The notes below the pieces were generated by a model. The model did no database searches. It saw only the letters and a program-made list of their open reading frames with translations, and was not told the DNA's origin. A stretch of DNA of 64,000 nucleotides from an uncultured Solirubrobacterales bacterium (lineage in GTDB: Bacteria > Actinomycetota > Thermoleophilia > Solirubrobacterales > Solirubrobacteraceae): contig CAWITQ010000006.1 in assembly GCA_963839105.1 (NCBI GenBank), positions 434,791 through 498,790 of the forward strand, written 5' to 3'. Below, piece after piece: positions 54,446-64,000 of the stretch. The position numbers were made by a program, and so were the translations under genes. Each line of letters starts with the position of its first letter. The first letter of the stretch is position 1.

Positions 54446-54670
54446 CTAGTTCATCTCCCCTCGCGCCACCGCGAGGCACGCCTCACAGCGCGGCCACGGC
54501 GGGTTCCATGGGTATCCCGTCACATCCTTGCCGCACAGTGCGGTGTTCGGCTCGTCCTCGGTGACCAGGTGGCAGAGCTCCTCGAATCCGTCGTCGCGGG
54601 TGCGGGGAGTGTTCAGGCAGCGGGGGTGGACGTTCGGCGCCCGGCTGGGCGCGGCGGCAGCCGTGGACAC
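54446..54670 (-). CDS. Small putative Zn-binding protein (DUF3039-like)
   Basis: H...ALCGK...PRCEAC pattern. Confidence 0.55.
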   Translation of the reverse strand: MSTAAAAPSRAPNVHPRCLNTPRTRDDGFEELCHLVTEDEPNTALCGKDVTGYPWNPPWPRCEACLAVARGEMN

Positions 54671-54680
54671 GCAGCGGAGG

Positions 54681-55052
54681 CTAGTCAGTCACGCCCTGCT
54701 CGGCAAGCCAGCCGGCCACGTAGTCGGGCGGCTTTCCGTTGAACTCCGCCCGGGCGGCGAGGCGCAGCAACTCGACCGGCGCGCCCTCCACCTCGTCGCG
54801 CCGATGGGCGAGATAGATGATCACGGCGCGGGCCATCGTCAGCGGCGCGTCGCGGTCGTCCTCGTCGAACTCGGGCGGCCCGATCCTCTCGTTCAGCCGC
54901 GCCTCGACGTCGGCGATCGCGCTGATCGGCTCCTCGTCGTCCTCGAACTTGTCGAGGAGCTCGTCGAGCCCGTTGTCGGTGCCGTCGTCGCACACCTCGA
55001 CGGCACGGCGGACCACCTCGAACATCGTCACCGGCTGGGGTTCGGTCGGCAT
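54681..55052 (-). CDS. Hypothetical acidic protein
   Basis: 123-aa ORF with TAGCAT -10 six nt upstream (leaderless). Confidence 0.65.
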   Translation of the reverse strand: MPTEPQPVTMFEVVRRAVEVCDDGTDNGLDELLDKFEDDEEPISAIADVEARLNERIGPPEFDEDDRDAPLTMARAVIIYLAHRRDEVEGAPVELLRLAARAEFNGKPPDYVAGWLAEQGVTD

Positions 55053-55088
55053 TCGCCGATGCTACCCAGAACGACCCCGAACACAGCA

Positions 55089-55232
55089 CGAGCGGGCATA
55101 TTGCCCGCTCGAAGCCGAGGTCGCGCTCCCCTTATAACAACAAAGCCCCAGGACTTATGTGAGTGCCTGGCTTGGCAAACACTCCCGGCCCTGCCTTGCG
55201 GCGGGACCGAGTGGGGAGCGGCCTGCGTTCAG
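55089..55232. ncRNA. Unassigned structured RNA candidate
   Basis: Closing stem GCTCCCC/GGGGAGC around two hairpins and an A-rich linker, plus a flanking perfect hairpin CGAGCGGGCA-TAT-TGCCCGCTCG. Confidence 0.5.
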
Positions 55233-55233
55233 C

Positions 55234-56490
55234 CTAGCGCGCCTGAGCCGTCGCCGCAGCGTCAGTCAGGAGCTCGTCGGCGAGGGCCCGCAGGTCCGGC
55301 GAGAGATGCCCGCACAGCGCGTCTCTGAGCATCGCCCGCAGGTACTCGGCGAGCTCGTCGACGAGGGCATCGCCGCCGGGCTCGGGCGGCGCCAGGCCGG
55401 CGATCACGGCCCGCTCCAGCGAGATCGCGCGCGCCACCCGCTCGGCGAGCTCGGCCCGATCCTCGGGACGGGCGCAGATCGCCGCCAGCCGGCCGGCGAG
55501 CCGCCCGGACGCGGGCCCCTCGGGCTCGAGCAGCGCGCGCAGGGCGAGCAGGTAGTCGCTGAGCGCCTCGAACGGCGCCAGCCGCTCGCAGCCCATCTCG
55601 AACCGCGCCAGGGCCCACGCGATCTCTCCGCTCGCCGGCGCTCGCCGCGCGATCAGGCTGCAGAAGGCGCGGAACTCGTCCTCGTGCTCGCTCGAGAGGA
55701 AGGTGACCAGCCGCGGGCGCCCGCTCGATCCCAGTGGCACCGGCCGCCAGGTGCCGTGATCGGTCCGCGTCCACGCCACCGGCCCGAGCGCGTAGCCGCC
55801 GCGCTCGAACAGCCGCAGGGCGGTCAGCAGCCTCCGGAAGCGCACGCGCGCGCTCGACAGCGGCGGCCGTGCGGCGCGATCCTGCGCCACCCGGAGCACG
55901 GCGAGGACATGCGGCTCCTCGCTGTCGCCCCAGACCGCGTCGGCCGGGGCGTCGGGCAGCTCGTTGCCGCGCACGAGCGAGAGCCCCTCGCCGAGCACGA
56001 GCTCCCTGGTCGCGTGCTCGAGCGCCAGCCCCAGCAGCGGTGCGAGCACGGTGGTCACGTAGCGGCCCTCGTACAGAGCCTGCTCGAGCTCGGCGTAGGC
56101 GGCTTCGAAGCGGAGCGGCTCGAACCCGAACTGGCTGCGCTCGGCGAACACGGCGGCCAGGAACACGCGGAGCGCCTGGTCGGCGCGCTCGCGCGGCTCG
56201 GTGGCGACCCGGACCTCCCCGCGCTGGCGCAGGTAGGTCTCGACGCCCTCGAGCCCGGCCAGCCCCCGGGCCGCCGGAGCGTAGGTGGGCAGCGCCGCCA
56301 GCATCCCGCCGCGGTCGCGGATGAAGGCGCCGGTCAGCGGGCGATAGCAGTAGAGCGGCGACCGCCCGCCACCGCTCTCCTCGACCAGCTCGAACGGGAT
56401 CTCCGCCCCGCTCGCGGTCGCGGCCGCGAGCTGGCCGGCGGCGTCGGCGGTGAAGGCCTCGAGCGTCGCGTGCAGGGTGCTGTTGTGCAT
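55234..56490 (-). CDS. Hypothetical protein with ApeA/HEPN-like C-terminal helical domain
   Basis: ALARFE...ALSDYLLALRALL...RLAGRLAAI pattern; no RxxxxH visible. Confidence 0.6.
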   Translation of the reverse strand: MHNSTLHATLEAFTADAAGQLAAATASGAEIPFELVEESGGGRSPLYCYRPLTGAFIRDRGGMLAALPTYAPAARGLAGLEGVETYLRQRGEVRVATEPRERADQALRVFLAAVFAERSQFGFEPLRFEAAYAELEQALYEGRYVTTVLAPLLGLALEHATRELVLGEGLSLVRGNELPDAPADAVWGDSEEPHVLAVLRVAQDRAARPPLSSARVRFRRLLTALRLFERGGYALGPVAWTRTDHGTWRPVPLGSSGRPRLVTFLSSEHEDEFRAFCSLIARRAPASGEIAWALARFEMGCERLAPFEALSDYLLALRALLEPEGPASGRLAGRLAAICARPEDRAELAERVARAISLERAVIAGLAPPEPGGDALVDELAEYLRAMLRDALCGHLSPDLRALADELLTDAAATAQAR

Positions 56491-56523
56491 GCCGGCGAAT
56501 TCGTGCCGGCGGCGGGCGATCCT

Positions 56524-56985
56524 TTATCGAGAACGCGCGGGTGCAGCCCGGTCGAGCTCGTTGACGTGGGCGACGTTCTCGACGTCGTCCTCATCGGTGC
56601 TCGCGGCGCCCTCGAACCAGGCGTCGAGGATCTCGCCCAGCGCCGGCTGTGAGGTCAGCCGCAGGCTCAGGGCCAGCACGTTGGCGTCGTTCCACCTGCG
56701 CGCGCCAGCGGCCGTCGTGGCATCGCCGCACAGGGCGGCGCGGACGCCCGCGACCTTGTTGGCGGCGATCGAGACGCCGGTCCCGGTCCAGCACGCCACC
56801 ACGGCCTGCTCGGCGCGGCCGTCGGCCACGTCCCGCGCGGCGTTCTCGCTCGCCCACGCCCAATCCGGGCGCTCACCGTCGGCGTAGGCGCCGTGCAGGA
56901 TCAGCTCGTGACCGCGCCCGCGCAACTCGTCGAGAAGCGCGTCGGCGACGCCGGTCAGCTCATCGGCCGCAACCGCGATCCGCAA
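56524..56985 (-). CDS. RpiB/LacA/LacB family sugar-phosphate isomerase
   Basis: CWTGTG.SIAANKV.GVRAA, RRWNDANVL motifs. Confidence 0.88.
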   Translation of the reverse strand: MRIAVAADELTGVADALLDELRGRGHELILHGAYADGERPDWAWASENAARDVADGRAEQAVVACWTGTGVSIAANKVAGVRAALCGDATTAAGARRWNDANVLALSLRLTSQPALGEILDAWFEGAASTDEDDVENVAHVNELDRAAPARSR

Positions 56986-56988
56986 GGG

Positions 56989-57366
56989 TCAGACTGCGAC
57001 GGGCTCGGGCGCGACCGCTACGTCGGCCTCGTCGGCCTCGTCGACCTCGGCCGGGTCACAGCCCAGCCAGATGCGGCCGTAGGTGCGCATGTCCTCGATC
57101 AGCGGCACCAGCGCGCGACCCTTGTCGGTGAGCGCGTACTCGACCCGGGGCGGGACCTCCGGGAACGTCTGGCGCTCGACGATGCCCTCCTCCTCGAGCG
57201 CCCGCAGACGCAGCGACAGCGTGCGCGGGCTGATCCCCTGGAGTGAGCGCTCGAGCTCGCAGAAGCGAGAGCGGCCCTCGGCCAGGTCCCGGATCACGAG
57301 CAGGGTCCACTTGCCACATACGATCTCGGCCGTCCGGCAGACGGGACATGAAGCGTTGGAAGCCAT
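56989..57366 (-). CDS. HxlR family winged-helix regulator
   Basis: CPV..., KWTLLVIRDL, ISPRTLS.RL, PPRVEYALT motifs. Confidence 0.92.
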   Translation of the reverse strand: MASNASCPVCRTAEIVCGKWTLLVIRDLAEGRSRFCELERSLQGISPRTLSLRLRALEEEGIVERQTFPEVPPRVEYALTDKGRALVPLIEDMRTYGRIWLGCDPAEVDEADEADVAVAPEPVAV

Positions 57367-57423
57367 TCCAACGCCGATTCTAGCGCAATGCTTCACTTGG
57401 TGAAGCAAGGGCCCTTGCGGGGC

Positions 57424-58674
57424 CTAACTCAGGAAGCCGGGCGGGGGCGCCGAGTGGCCGTTGTGGCCGGGCGGTGCGGCGGAGACGGCCGGTGGCGGCG
57501 GCGGGGCCAGCGGAGCCGCGCCCATCGGAACCGGCGGCTCGTCACGATCGACGGAGCGCGCGGCGGCCTCGCCGACGTCCGCCATCGAGGTCGATGTGCG
57601 GCCGTCTCCGGCGACGAGGAGCTTGAAGTCGTGCGGGCTGGTGGCGACCCGCAGCGCATCGTCCATCGACACCCGGCCGCCCTGGTAGTGCTTGAGCAGC
57701 GCCTGGTCGAAGGTCTGCATGCCGTAGTACTCGCCCTCGGCGATGACCTCGCGCAGGCGGTCGGTCTGCTCGGGGTCGGTGATCATGTCCTTGGCCCGGC
57801 CGGTGACGCGCAGGATCTCGCAGACGGCGACGCGGCCGTCGCCGTCGGGCGTGGGCACGAGGCGCTGCGAGACGACGCCCTTGAGGGTGCCGGCGAGCAT
57901 CGCGCGCGCCTGGCCCTGCTCGTGGGGCTGGAAGAAGTCGAGGATGCGGTTGATGCTCTCCGAAGCGTCCAGGGTGTGGACCGTGGAGAGGACGAGGTGG
58001 CCGGTCTCGGCCGCGGACAGGGCGGTGCGGACCGTCTCCTCGTCGCGCATCTCGCCGATGAGGATCACGTCGGGGTCCTGACGAAGGACGCGGCGCATGG
58101 CGCGGCTGAAGGACTCGGTGTCCATGCCGACCTCGCGCTGGTTGATGATCGAGTTGCGGTCCTTGTGGAGGTACTCGATCGGGTCCTCGATCGTGACGAT
58201 GTGGCTGGCGCGCGTCTCGTTGATGTGGTCGATGATCGCCGCCAGCGTCGTGGACTTACCGGAGCCGGTGGTGCCCGTGAGCAGGATCAGGCCGCGCTCC
58301 TCCTCGGCCAGGTCCCGGATCACCTGCGGCAGGCCGAGCTCCTCGACCGTCTTGACCGCGTAGGGGATCACGCGGGCGACGATCGAGACCGACCCGCGCT
58401 GGCGGAAGGCGTTGACGCGGAAGCGTGAGAGGTCCTGGACGGAGTAGGAGAAGTCGATCTCGTTCTCGGTGTCGAAGGCCTCGAGCTTCTCGGGGTGCTC
58501 GGCCAGCATCTGGCGCAGGACGCGCTCGGTGTCCTCGGGCTTCAGGTCGTCGTACTCCATGACGGGCTGGAGCTTGCCGTGGACGCGGGCAAGCGGCCGG
58601 GCCGGCACCTTCAGGTGCAGGTCCGAGCCCCCCACCTTGACCGTCCATGCGAGCGCTTCGTGCAGTTCCAACAT
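57424..58674 (-). CDS. pilT: PilT/PilU family ATPase
   Basis: SDLHL, GTTGSGKSTT, TIEDPIE, RQDPDVILIGEMRD, AETGHLV, GMQTFD motifs. Confidence 0.92.
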   Translation of the reverse strand: MLELHEALAWTVKVGGSDLHLKVPARPLARVHGKLQPVMEYDDLKPEDTERVLRQMLAEHPEKLEAFDTENEIDFSYSVQDLSRFRVNAFRQRGSVSIVARVIPYAVKTVEELGLPQVIRDLAEEERGLILLTGTTGSGKSTTLAAIIDHINETRASHIVTIEDPIEYLHKDRNSIINQREVGMDTESFSRAMRRVLRQDPDVILIGEMRDEETVRTALSAAETGHLVLSTVHTLDASESINRILDFFQPHEQGQARAMLAGTLKGVVSQRLVPTPDGDGRVAVCEILRVTGRAKDMITDPEQTDRLREVIAEGEYYGMQTFDQALLKHYQGGRVSMDDALRVATSPHDFKLLVAGDGRTSTSMADVGEAAARSVDRDEPPVPMGAAPLAPPPPPAVSAAPPGHNGHSAPPPGFLS

Positions 58675-58873
58675 CGCCCGGTATGGATCGGTCGGGGCGG
58701 CCGGACCCTTGAGCGGTGGCGGGACCGTTGGACGCCGGTTGGGAGGAAACCCTGACTATTTCGGGGTTTCTCCCCAAGCGCCCGCGGCGAGTGGGCCGGG
58801 CGGGAGCCGGCGGGCAGGGATGCCCGGCGCAACGGCCCCATGGACGCCGGGCGAAGCCCGGCCCCAGAAACCC

Positions 58874-59974
58874 CTATGCCACGTCGCGAAGCTTCTGCGC
58901 CTCGGCGAGCGACTGGAGCTTCTTCAGCGACTGGTTCTCGATCTGGCGGATCCGCTCGCGGGTGACGTTGAACGTCCGGCCGACCTCGTCCAGCGTACGC
59001 GGGTGCTCGCCACCGAGGCCGTAGCGGAGCTCGAGCACGCGGCGCTCGCGGTACGAGAGGTTCTCGAGGGCCTCGCGCAGCGCCTCCTTGGTGAGGATCT
59101 CGGCCGCGCGCTCGTACGGGGACTCGGCCCGCTCGTCGGCGATGAACTGGCCGAACTCGGACTCCTCCTCGTCGCCGACCGGCTTCTCGAGGGAGACCGG
59201 GGCCTGCGCGGAGCGCTTGATCGACTCGACCTCCTCGGGCTCGATCCCCGTGACCTCGGCGATCTCCTCGGCGGTCGGCTCGCGTCCCAGCTCGGTGACC
59301 AGCTTGCGCTCGGCGCGGCCGATCTTGTTGAGCTTTTCGACGACGTGGACCGGGATGCGGATCGTGCGCGCCTTGTCGGCGAGCGCGCGGGCGATCGCCT
59401 GGCGGATCCACCAGGTGGCGTAGGTGGAGAACTTGAAGCCCTTGCGGTAGTCGAACTTCTCGGCCGCGCGGACGAGGCCCAGCGTCCCCTCCTGGATGAG
59501 GTCCAGGAACGGCAGGCCCTGATTGCGGTAGTTCTTGGCGATTGAGACGACGAGGCGCAGGTTCGACTCGACCATCTTCTGCTTGGCGTCGAGGTCGCCG
59601 CGCTCGATGCGCTTGGCGAGGTCGACCTCCTCCTGCGCGGTGAGCAGCCGGACCTTGCCGATGTCCTTCAGGAACAGCTGAAGGGAGTCGGTGGTCATGT
59701 CCGGCTTCAGGTCGAGCGCCGTCTTCGGCTTGCGCCGGCCTCGCTTATCCGGCGCGCGCTCCACCTCGGCGGCAGCCAGCGCCGGGTCGACCTCCTCGAC
59801 GAGCTCGATCTCGGCCCGCTCGAGGAATCCGTGCAGCTCTTCTACGTCAGCCTCGTCGAGATCCAGCTCGCCCACCGCGGTGGCGATCTCGGCGTACGTG
59901 AGCACGCCGAGCTGCTGACCACGGGTGACGAGGCCCTTGATCTCTTCGAGTTCTTGCAGTTCCGCTACTGACAT
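58874..59974 (-). CDS. RNA polymerase sigma-70 factor, RpoD-type
   Basis: Region 1.1-like N-terminus, [34 protein letters not shown] motifs. Confidence 0.95.
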   Translation of the reverse strand: MSVAELQELEEIKGLVTRGQQLGVLTYAEIATAVGELDLDEADVEELHGFLERAEIELVEEVDPALAAAEVERAPDKRGRRKPKTALDLKPDMTTDSLQLFLKDIGKVRLLTAQEEVDLAKRIERGDLDAKQKMVESNLRLVVSIAKNYRNQGLPFLDLIQEGTLGLVRAAEKFDYRKGFKFSTYATWWIRQAIARALADKARTIRIPVHVVEKLNKIGRAERKLVTELGREPTAEEIAEVTGIEPEEVESIKRSAQAPVSLEKPVGDEEESEFGQFIADERAESPYERAAEILTKEALREALENLSYRERRVLELRYGLGGEHPRTLDEVGRTFNVTRERIRQIENQSLKKLQSLAEAQKLRDVA

Positions 59975-60288
59975 GTCATCCCGTTTTCGTCGTGCGCAAC
60001 CTGCCCTGCGCTGAGGATCCGGAGCCGGCGCCGCGCCCTGAGAGCGCACGCCCGCTACTCAAACATACGCATTCGAGTATAGGCGCTATATTTTTTGAAG
60101 TCAACGAACGCCGCGGTGGCTACGGGGGTCTGCCGACCGAGCGGCGCGGGTACTGCAGTACTAATACTTAGTACCCGCACGATCGTTTCAGTGCCCGATA
60201 AATCTAGCCGCGTCGTAGCCACTTCATCGGCTCCTAATGTAGTTCGCCGCACGCGCCAATCCGCACTGTGCGCGATGATGTTGAATCG

Positions 60289-60885
60289 ATGAGCGAGAAG
60301 CCCCCGTCAGAAGTCCTGAGCGCCCTGCCGCGGACACGGCCGCACCGCCGCAGCGACAAGCGCGCCGGAAAGGCCTCCGGCGAGGGCAACGGAGCGCCGG
60401 CCCCTTCGGAGACGCCGCGGGCGCAGACGGCCAAGGCCGAGGCCTCCGCGCCGGCCAAGCGCGCGAAGAAGGCACCCGCCAAGGCCAAGGCGACGACCCC
60501 GCAGGCCAAGGCGAAGGCGCCTGCCTCCCAGGCCAAGGCGGGAGCGACGCAGGCCAAGGCGGGAGCGACGCAGGCCAAGAGTCCGCCCACCCCGCGCAAG
60601 ACAGCACCGAAGCCCGCGGCCGCGGCGCCACCGACCGCCGAGCAGGCGCCACCGCGCGCCGCCCGCCCCCCGCGGGCCCGCCCCAAGCCTCATTCCGAGC
60701 GCCTGCGCCAGCCGCCGCAGCCCGCCGGCACGCCGCCCAAGCCGCGCTCGCGCAAGCCGGCGCCGGCGACCGGGGCCGACATCGTCAGCACCGCCGTCCA
60801 GGCCGCCGCCGAGCTCGCGGAGATCGGCCTGACCGTGAGCGCCCGGGCGCTGCGGAACGCGGTCGCGCGCCTTCCCAAGCCGTAG
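60289..60885 (+). CDS. Basic Lys/Ala/Pro-rich low-complexity protein
   Basis: LPRTRPHRRS N-terminus, QAKAGAT repeats, helical C-terminus AVQAAAELAEIGL. Confidence 0.65.
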   Translation: MSEKPPSEVLSALPRTRPHRRSDKRAGKASGEGNGAPAPSETPRAQTAKAEASAPAKRAKKAPAKAKATTPQAKAKAPASQAKAGATQAKAGATQAKSPPTPRKTAPKPAAAAPPTAEQAPPRAARPPRARPKPHSERLRQPPQPAGTPPKPRSRKPAPATGADIVSTAVQAAAELAEIGLTVSARALRNAVARLPKP

Positions 60886-60937
60886 CCGCCCGCCCACCCG
60901 GCCCGACGCGCGTCGGCGCGTTACGTATACTCCGCGC

Positions 60938-61080
60938 CGTTCAAGCCGAACGACTCTCCGTCCGCGGAGGGTCGACGGGGGAACCACTTGCGGATCGTCA
61001 GGTTCGCAGGGGCGAATCGGCCCGGTAAAGGGCCGTAGCGCCGAAAGGCGCGAGCCCGTCAGCTCACCTCGTAGGCACAG
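60938..61080 (+). ncRNA. Cyclic di-AMP (ydaO/yuaA) riboswitch
   Basis: GCCGAA...ACGGGGGAACCA...GGGGCGAATC...GTAG...GAGCCCGTCAGCTCACCTCGTAGGC consensus blocks; TATACT -10 at 60926; upstream of a cell-wall gene. Confidence 0.92.
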
Positions 61081-61106
61081 ACACCGATAGGACGGGCCGA
61101 AAGACG

Positions 61107-61855
61107 TTGAGTCGACGTGCCATTGCAGTCGTTGCCATTTCGCTGGCGCTGAGCGCAGTTCAGCTGTCGCTGCCCGCTGCCGGCGTCGCCTTCTCCGGTG
61201 GCGGGGGGCTCGCGCCCAGCGGGTCCAGCAACACCACGAATTCGCCGTCGTCGCAGCCCGGGAGCGGCAAGGTCAGCGCGAGCGGCAACGGGATGACGAT
61301 CGTCACCGCCGCCTCGGCGTTCCTGAGCAACCAGGTCACGTTCACGGGCTCGGCGCCGCGCTCCGACAGCGGCGCCACCGTGGAGATCGAGCGCTCCGGG
61401 CACGAGACCGGCTGGCAGTGGGCGCCCACCGCGAGCGCCACCGTGGGCAGCGACGGCTCCTTCTCGGTGGCCTGGCGCGCCGACCACATCGGCCGGTTCG
61501 CGATCCGGGCCGTGATCCCGCCTCAAGGCCGCGCGGCGCCACGTCCTCCCCCACGCTCACCGTGACCATCTACCGCTCGTCGCGGGCGACGCTCTACGGG
61601 CCCGGCTTCTGGGGCAGCAAGACGGCCTGCGGCAAGGTGCTACGGCGAACCACCCTCGGCGTCGCCAATCGCACGCTGAAGTGCGGGACGCCGGTGGCGA
61701 TCTACTACCACGGCCGCACGATCACGGTTCCGGTGATCGATCGGGGTCCCTACGCCAACGGCGCCGACTGGGACCTGACCATGGCCACGGCCAAGGCGCT
61801 GCGGATCAGCGGCACCGCGACGATCGGCGCGGTCTCACTGCCCTCCCAGCACTGA
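61107..61855 (+). CDS. Secreted RlpA-like double-psi beta-barrel protein (frameshift near 61530)
   Basis: Signal peptide; ATLYGPG..G.KTACG, VANRTLKCGT, VIDRGPY, WDLT motifs. Confidence 0.85.
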
Positions 61856-61863
61856 GCGCGGCC

Positions 61864-63232
61864 TCAGCTCGCCCACGGGCCGGGCGGCCCGTTGCCCTCT
61901 CCGTTGGGCATCCCGCCCAGCACCGGCGTCCCGGTCGCCGAGGCCGCGAAGCGATCCTGCTCGGCCGCTCCCATCAGCGCCTCGCGGTCCCCGCCGTCCT
62001 CTCCGAGCACGGCCACGCCCACGGTCACCGTCAGCGGCGCACCCCGCCAGGGCTCCGCCGCCTGGACCGCTCCGGCGATGCGGCCACCGAGCGCCTGAGC
62101 GCCGCTGCGCATCGTGTCGCGGGCCACGACCCATGCGCGCGTATCCGTCTCGCACGCGAGGATGTCCCGGCGGCGCAGCGCCGTCCGCATCGCCTGGGCG
62201 AACGCGCCGAAGCTCGCGCCGACCTCGCTGGTGTCCTCCACGGTGCGGATCCGGTCGGCCTCCTCGAGCTCCACGAGCAGGAGCGCCAGTGCCATCCCGG
62301 CGTGGTTGGAGCGCTCGATCTCCTCGTCCAGTGCCCGCACCCACAGCTCGTCGCGGGCGGGCTCCAGCGGCGTTCGGGCTGACCCGCCGTCGGGCTCAGG
62401 CGCGGCCGGCGCGAGGTGGTCGTTCGCCTCACCCACCGGCTCGGGTCCGTGTCCGCTGGGCGCCGGCGGGTCGGTGGTGAAGGTCCGGGGCGCGGCTCGG
62501 CCGGTCCCGAAGGGCCCCGGCGCCGCCGGCCCGGGCCCCGGGGCGGCGCCGGCGCAGTCTTAGGCCCGAATCCAGCCCCGGGTCCGGGTCCAACCCCGGG
62601 TCGACGCCGACCCCGGGTCCAGGTGCAACCCCGGGTCCAAATCCCGCCGCGGGCCCGGGTCCAGGCCCAGCCCCGAACGGCTCCGGCTCATCGCTGGCGC
62701 CACCGTGCACCGGCCGTAGCGGCCTCCGTGCCGCCGGCCCGCTACGCCCCGCTGGCGGGGGTGGCCCTCCGCCGCCGCATACCGCCGGACGGCCGCGGCT
62801 CGCACCTCCCGCAGGACCAGCCCGAGGCGCTCGGCCAGCCGCGCGACCTGGTCGACCTCGGGGTCGGGCAGCGAGGCCAGCGCCGCCGCCCAGATGACCG
62901 AGCCCAGCGCATCGATGGCGCGGACCGCCTCCTCCGCGTCGGCGGCGCCGGCGAGCTCGCCGGCCTGGAACACCAACCGGCCCGTCTGGCCGCCCCGATC
63001 GAGGGCACGCAGCTCCTCGTCGTCGGTGAGCGCGCGCAGTACGCCCTCGCACAGCCGCGGGCCCTCGCGGACCAGCCCCGCCGCCAGGATCGCCCCCGCC
63101 TGGTCCAGCGGGGCGTCCTCGATCAGCGCGAGCAGCCAGCCCTTGGTCAGGTCCTCGATTCGCTCGAGGAGCTGAACAAGGGGTAGTTCAGCGACCGGCC
63201 GCGCGCGGCGCGGCGGGGGGTCCGGGGTACAT
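61864..63232 (-). CDS. Degenerate GGDEF-domain protein with RsbRD_N-like N-terminus (frameshifted)
   Basis: LDEEIERS...LALLLVEL...LRRRD...VTVGVA...LMGAAE; GGDEF replaced by ETDTR; repeat-rich linker. Confidence 0.7.
62568..62675. repeat. Degenerate tandem repeat (about 18-bp unit containing CCCGGGTCCA) in the GGDEF linker
   Basis: Repeated ccccgggtcc units encoding LDPG-like peptides on the minus strand. Confidence 0.6.
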
Positions 63233-63299
63233 TGGCGGCCTTTTATCACCTTTCGCGAGTATTGGAAGAACGCATCGAGCGGCAAAAATGTTCTGCGCA

Positions 63300-64000
63300 A
63301 TGTCTGGACCTGTTCTCACCATCTTTGAGGCCCGAAAAGCGGTGCTTGCGGCCACTCGTCCGCTCCCGGCGGAGACCGTTCCCGTCACGGCCGGGCTCGA
63401 CCGGGTGCTCGCCGACGACGTCCGCGCGGCCGGGAACGTCCCCCATTCCCGTGCTCGGCGATGGACGGCTACGCGATCCTCGCCGGCCCCGCCGGGCGCA
63501 CGCTCCGGATCGTCGGCGAGTCGCGCGCCGGGACGCCGTCGGAGCGCCGCCTCGCCGAGGGGGAGGCGATTCGCATCTCCACCGGCGCCGCCGTGCCGGC
63601 CGGCGCCACCGCGGTCATCCGTCAGGAGGACACCGAGGCAGACGGCGCTCAGGTCCGCCTGGACGCCGCGGTCGCCCCGGCACAGAACATCCGCGGGGCA
63701 GGCGAGGACATGACCGCCGGCACCACCGTCCTTCAGAAGGGGACCCGGCTACGGCCGGCGGAGCTCGGGGCCTCGGTCGCGGCCGGCGCCGGCGAGCTCA
63801 CGGTGGCGCGGCGCCCGCGCGTCCACGTGCTCTGCACCGGCGACGAGCTGCGCGAACCGGGCGAGCCGCTCGGACCGGGCGAGATCCACAACTCGAACGC
63901 GCCGATGCTCGCGTCGCTGGCGGCTCGGGCCGGCGCCCTCACGGCGCCGACCGGACGGCTCCCCGACGATCGTGCCGCCACCGAGGCCGCGCTGCGCGAG
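63300..64000 (+). CDS. moeA: Molybdopterin molybdotransferase (partial, frameshift near 63445)
   Basis: RVLADDV, SAMDGYA, ISTGA.VP, NIR..GED, TGDEL, NSN motifs. Confidence 0.93.

Overview
High-GC actinobacterial chromosome segment, most consistent with Thermoleophilia/Solirubrobacterales (inferred from gene content and order). At least 18 genes, including essential ones (glyA, prfA, prmC), are split by single-base frameshifts, which points to uncorrected long-read indels rather than pseudogenes. Contents in order: 5' part of the atp operon; an MprF/LysX-like gene; an accessory non-phosphorylative deoxy-sugar (L-fucose-type) catabolic cluster with an ABC transporter; an MFS-MerR-MFS unit; a Ca2+/H+ antiporter; the rpmE-DUF1385-prfA-prmC-tsaC-glyA-wecA block; acyl-CoA/ETF/methylmalonyl-CoA genes; a secreted PKD-repeat protein; a mau-like redox operon; homologs of mycobacterial MGLP-cluster genes; uppP; ggt; a parA-ftsZ pair; two ArsA/Get3-like ATPases; ppa; pilT; an RpoD-type sigma factor; a c-di-AMP riboswitch before an RlpA-like gene; a degenerate GGDEF protein; and moeA. 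Top leads: (1) a five-gene mau-like operon whose MauF/CcdA-like member has an in-frame UGA at the expected Cys, followed by a SECIS-like hairpin (probable selenoprotein), serving an 18-Cys exported protein with no MauB/MauG; (2) FtsZ with a long N-terminal arm starting with a ParB-like peptide, overlapping an orphan parA; (3) an unassigned structured RNA at about 55.1 kb; (4) a TsaC-methyltransferase fusion. Family assignments come from motif recognition only; no searches were run.
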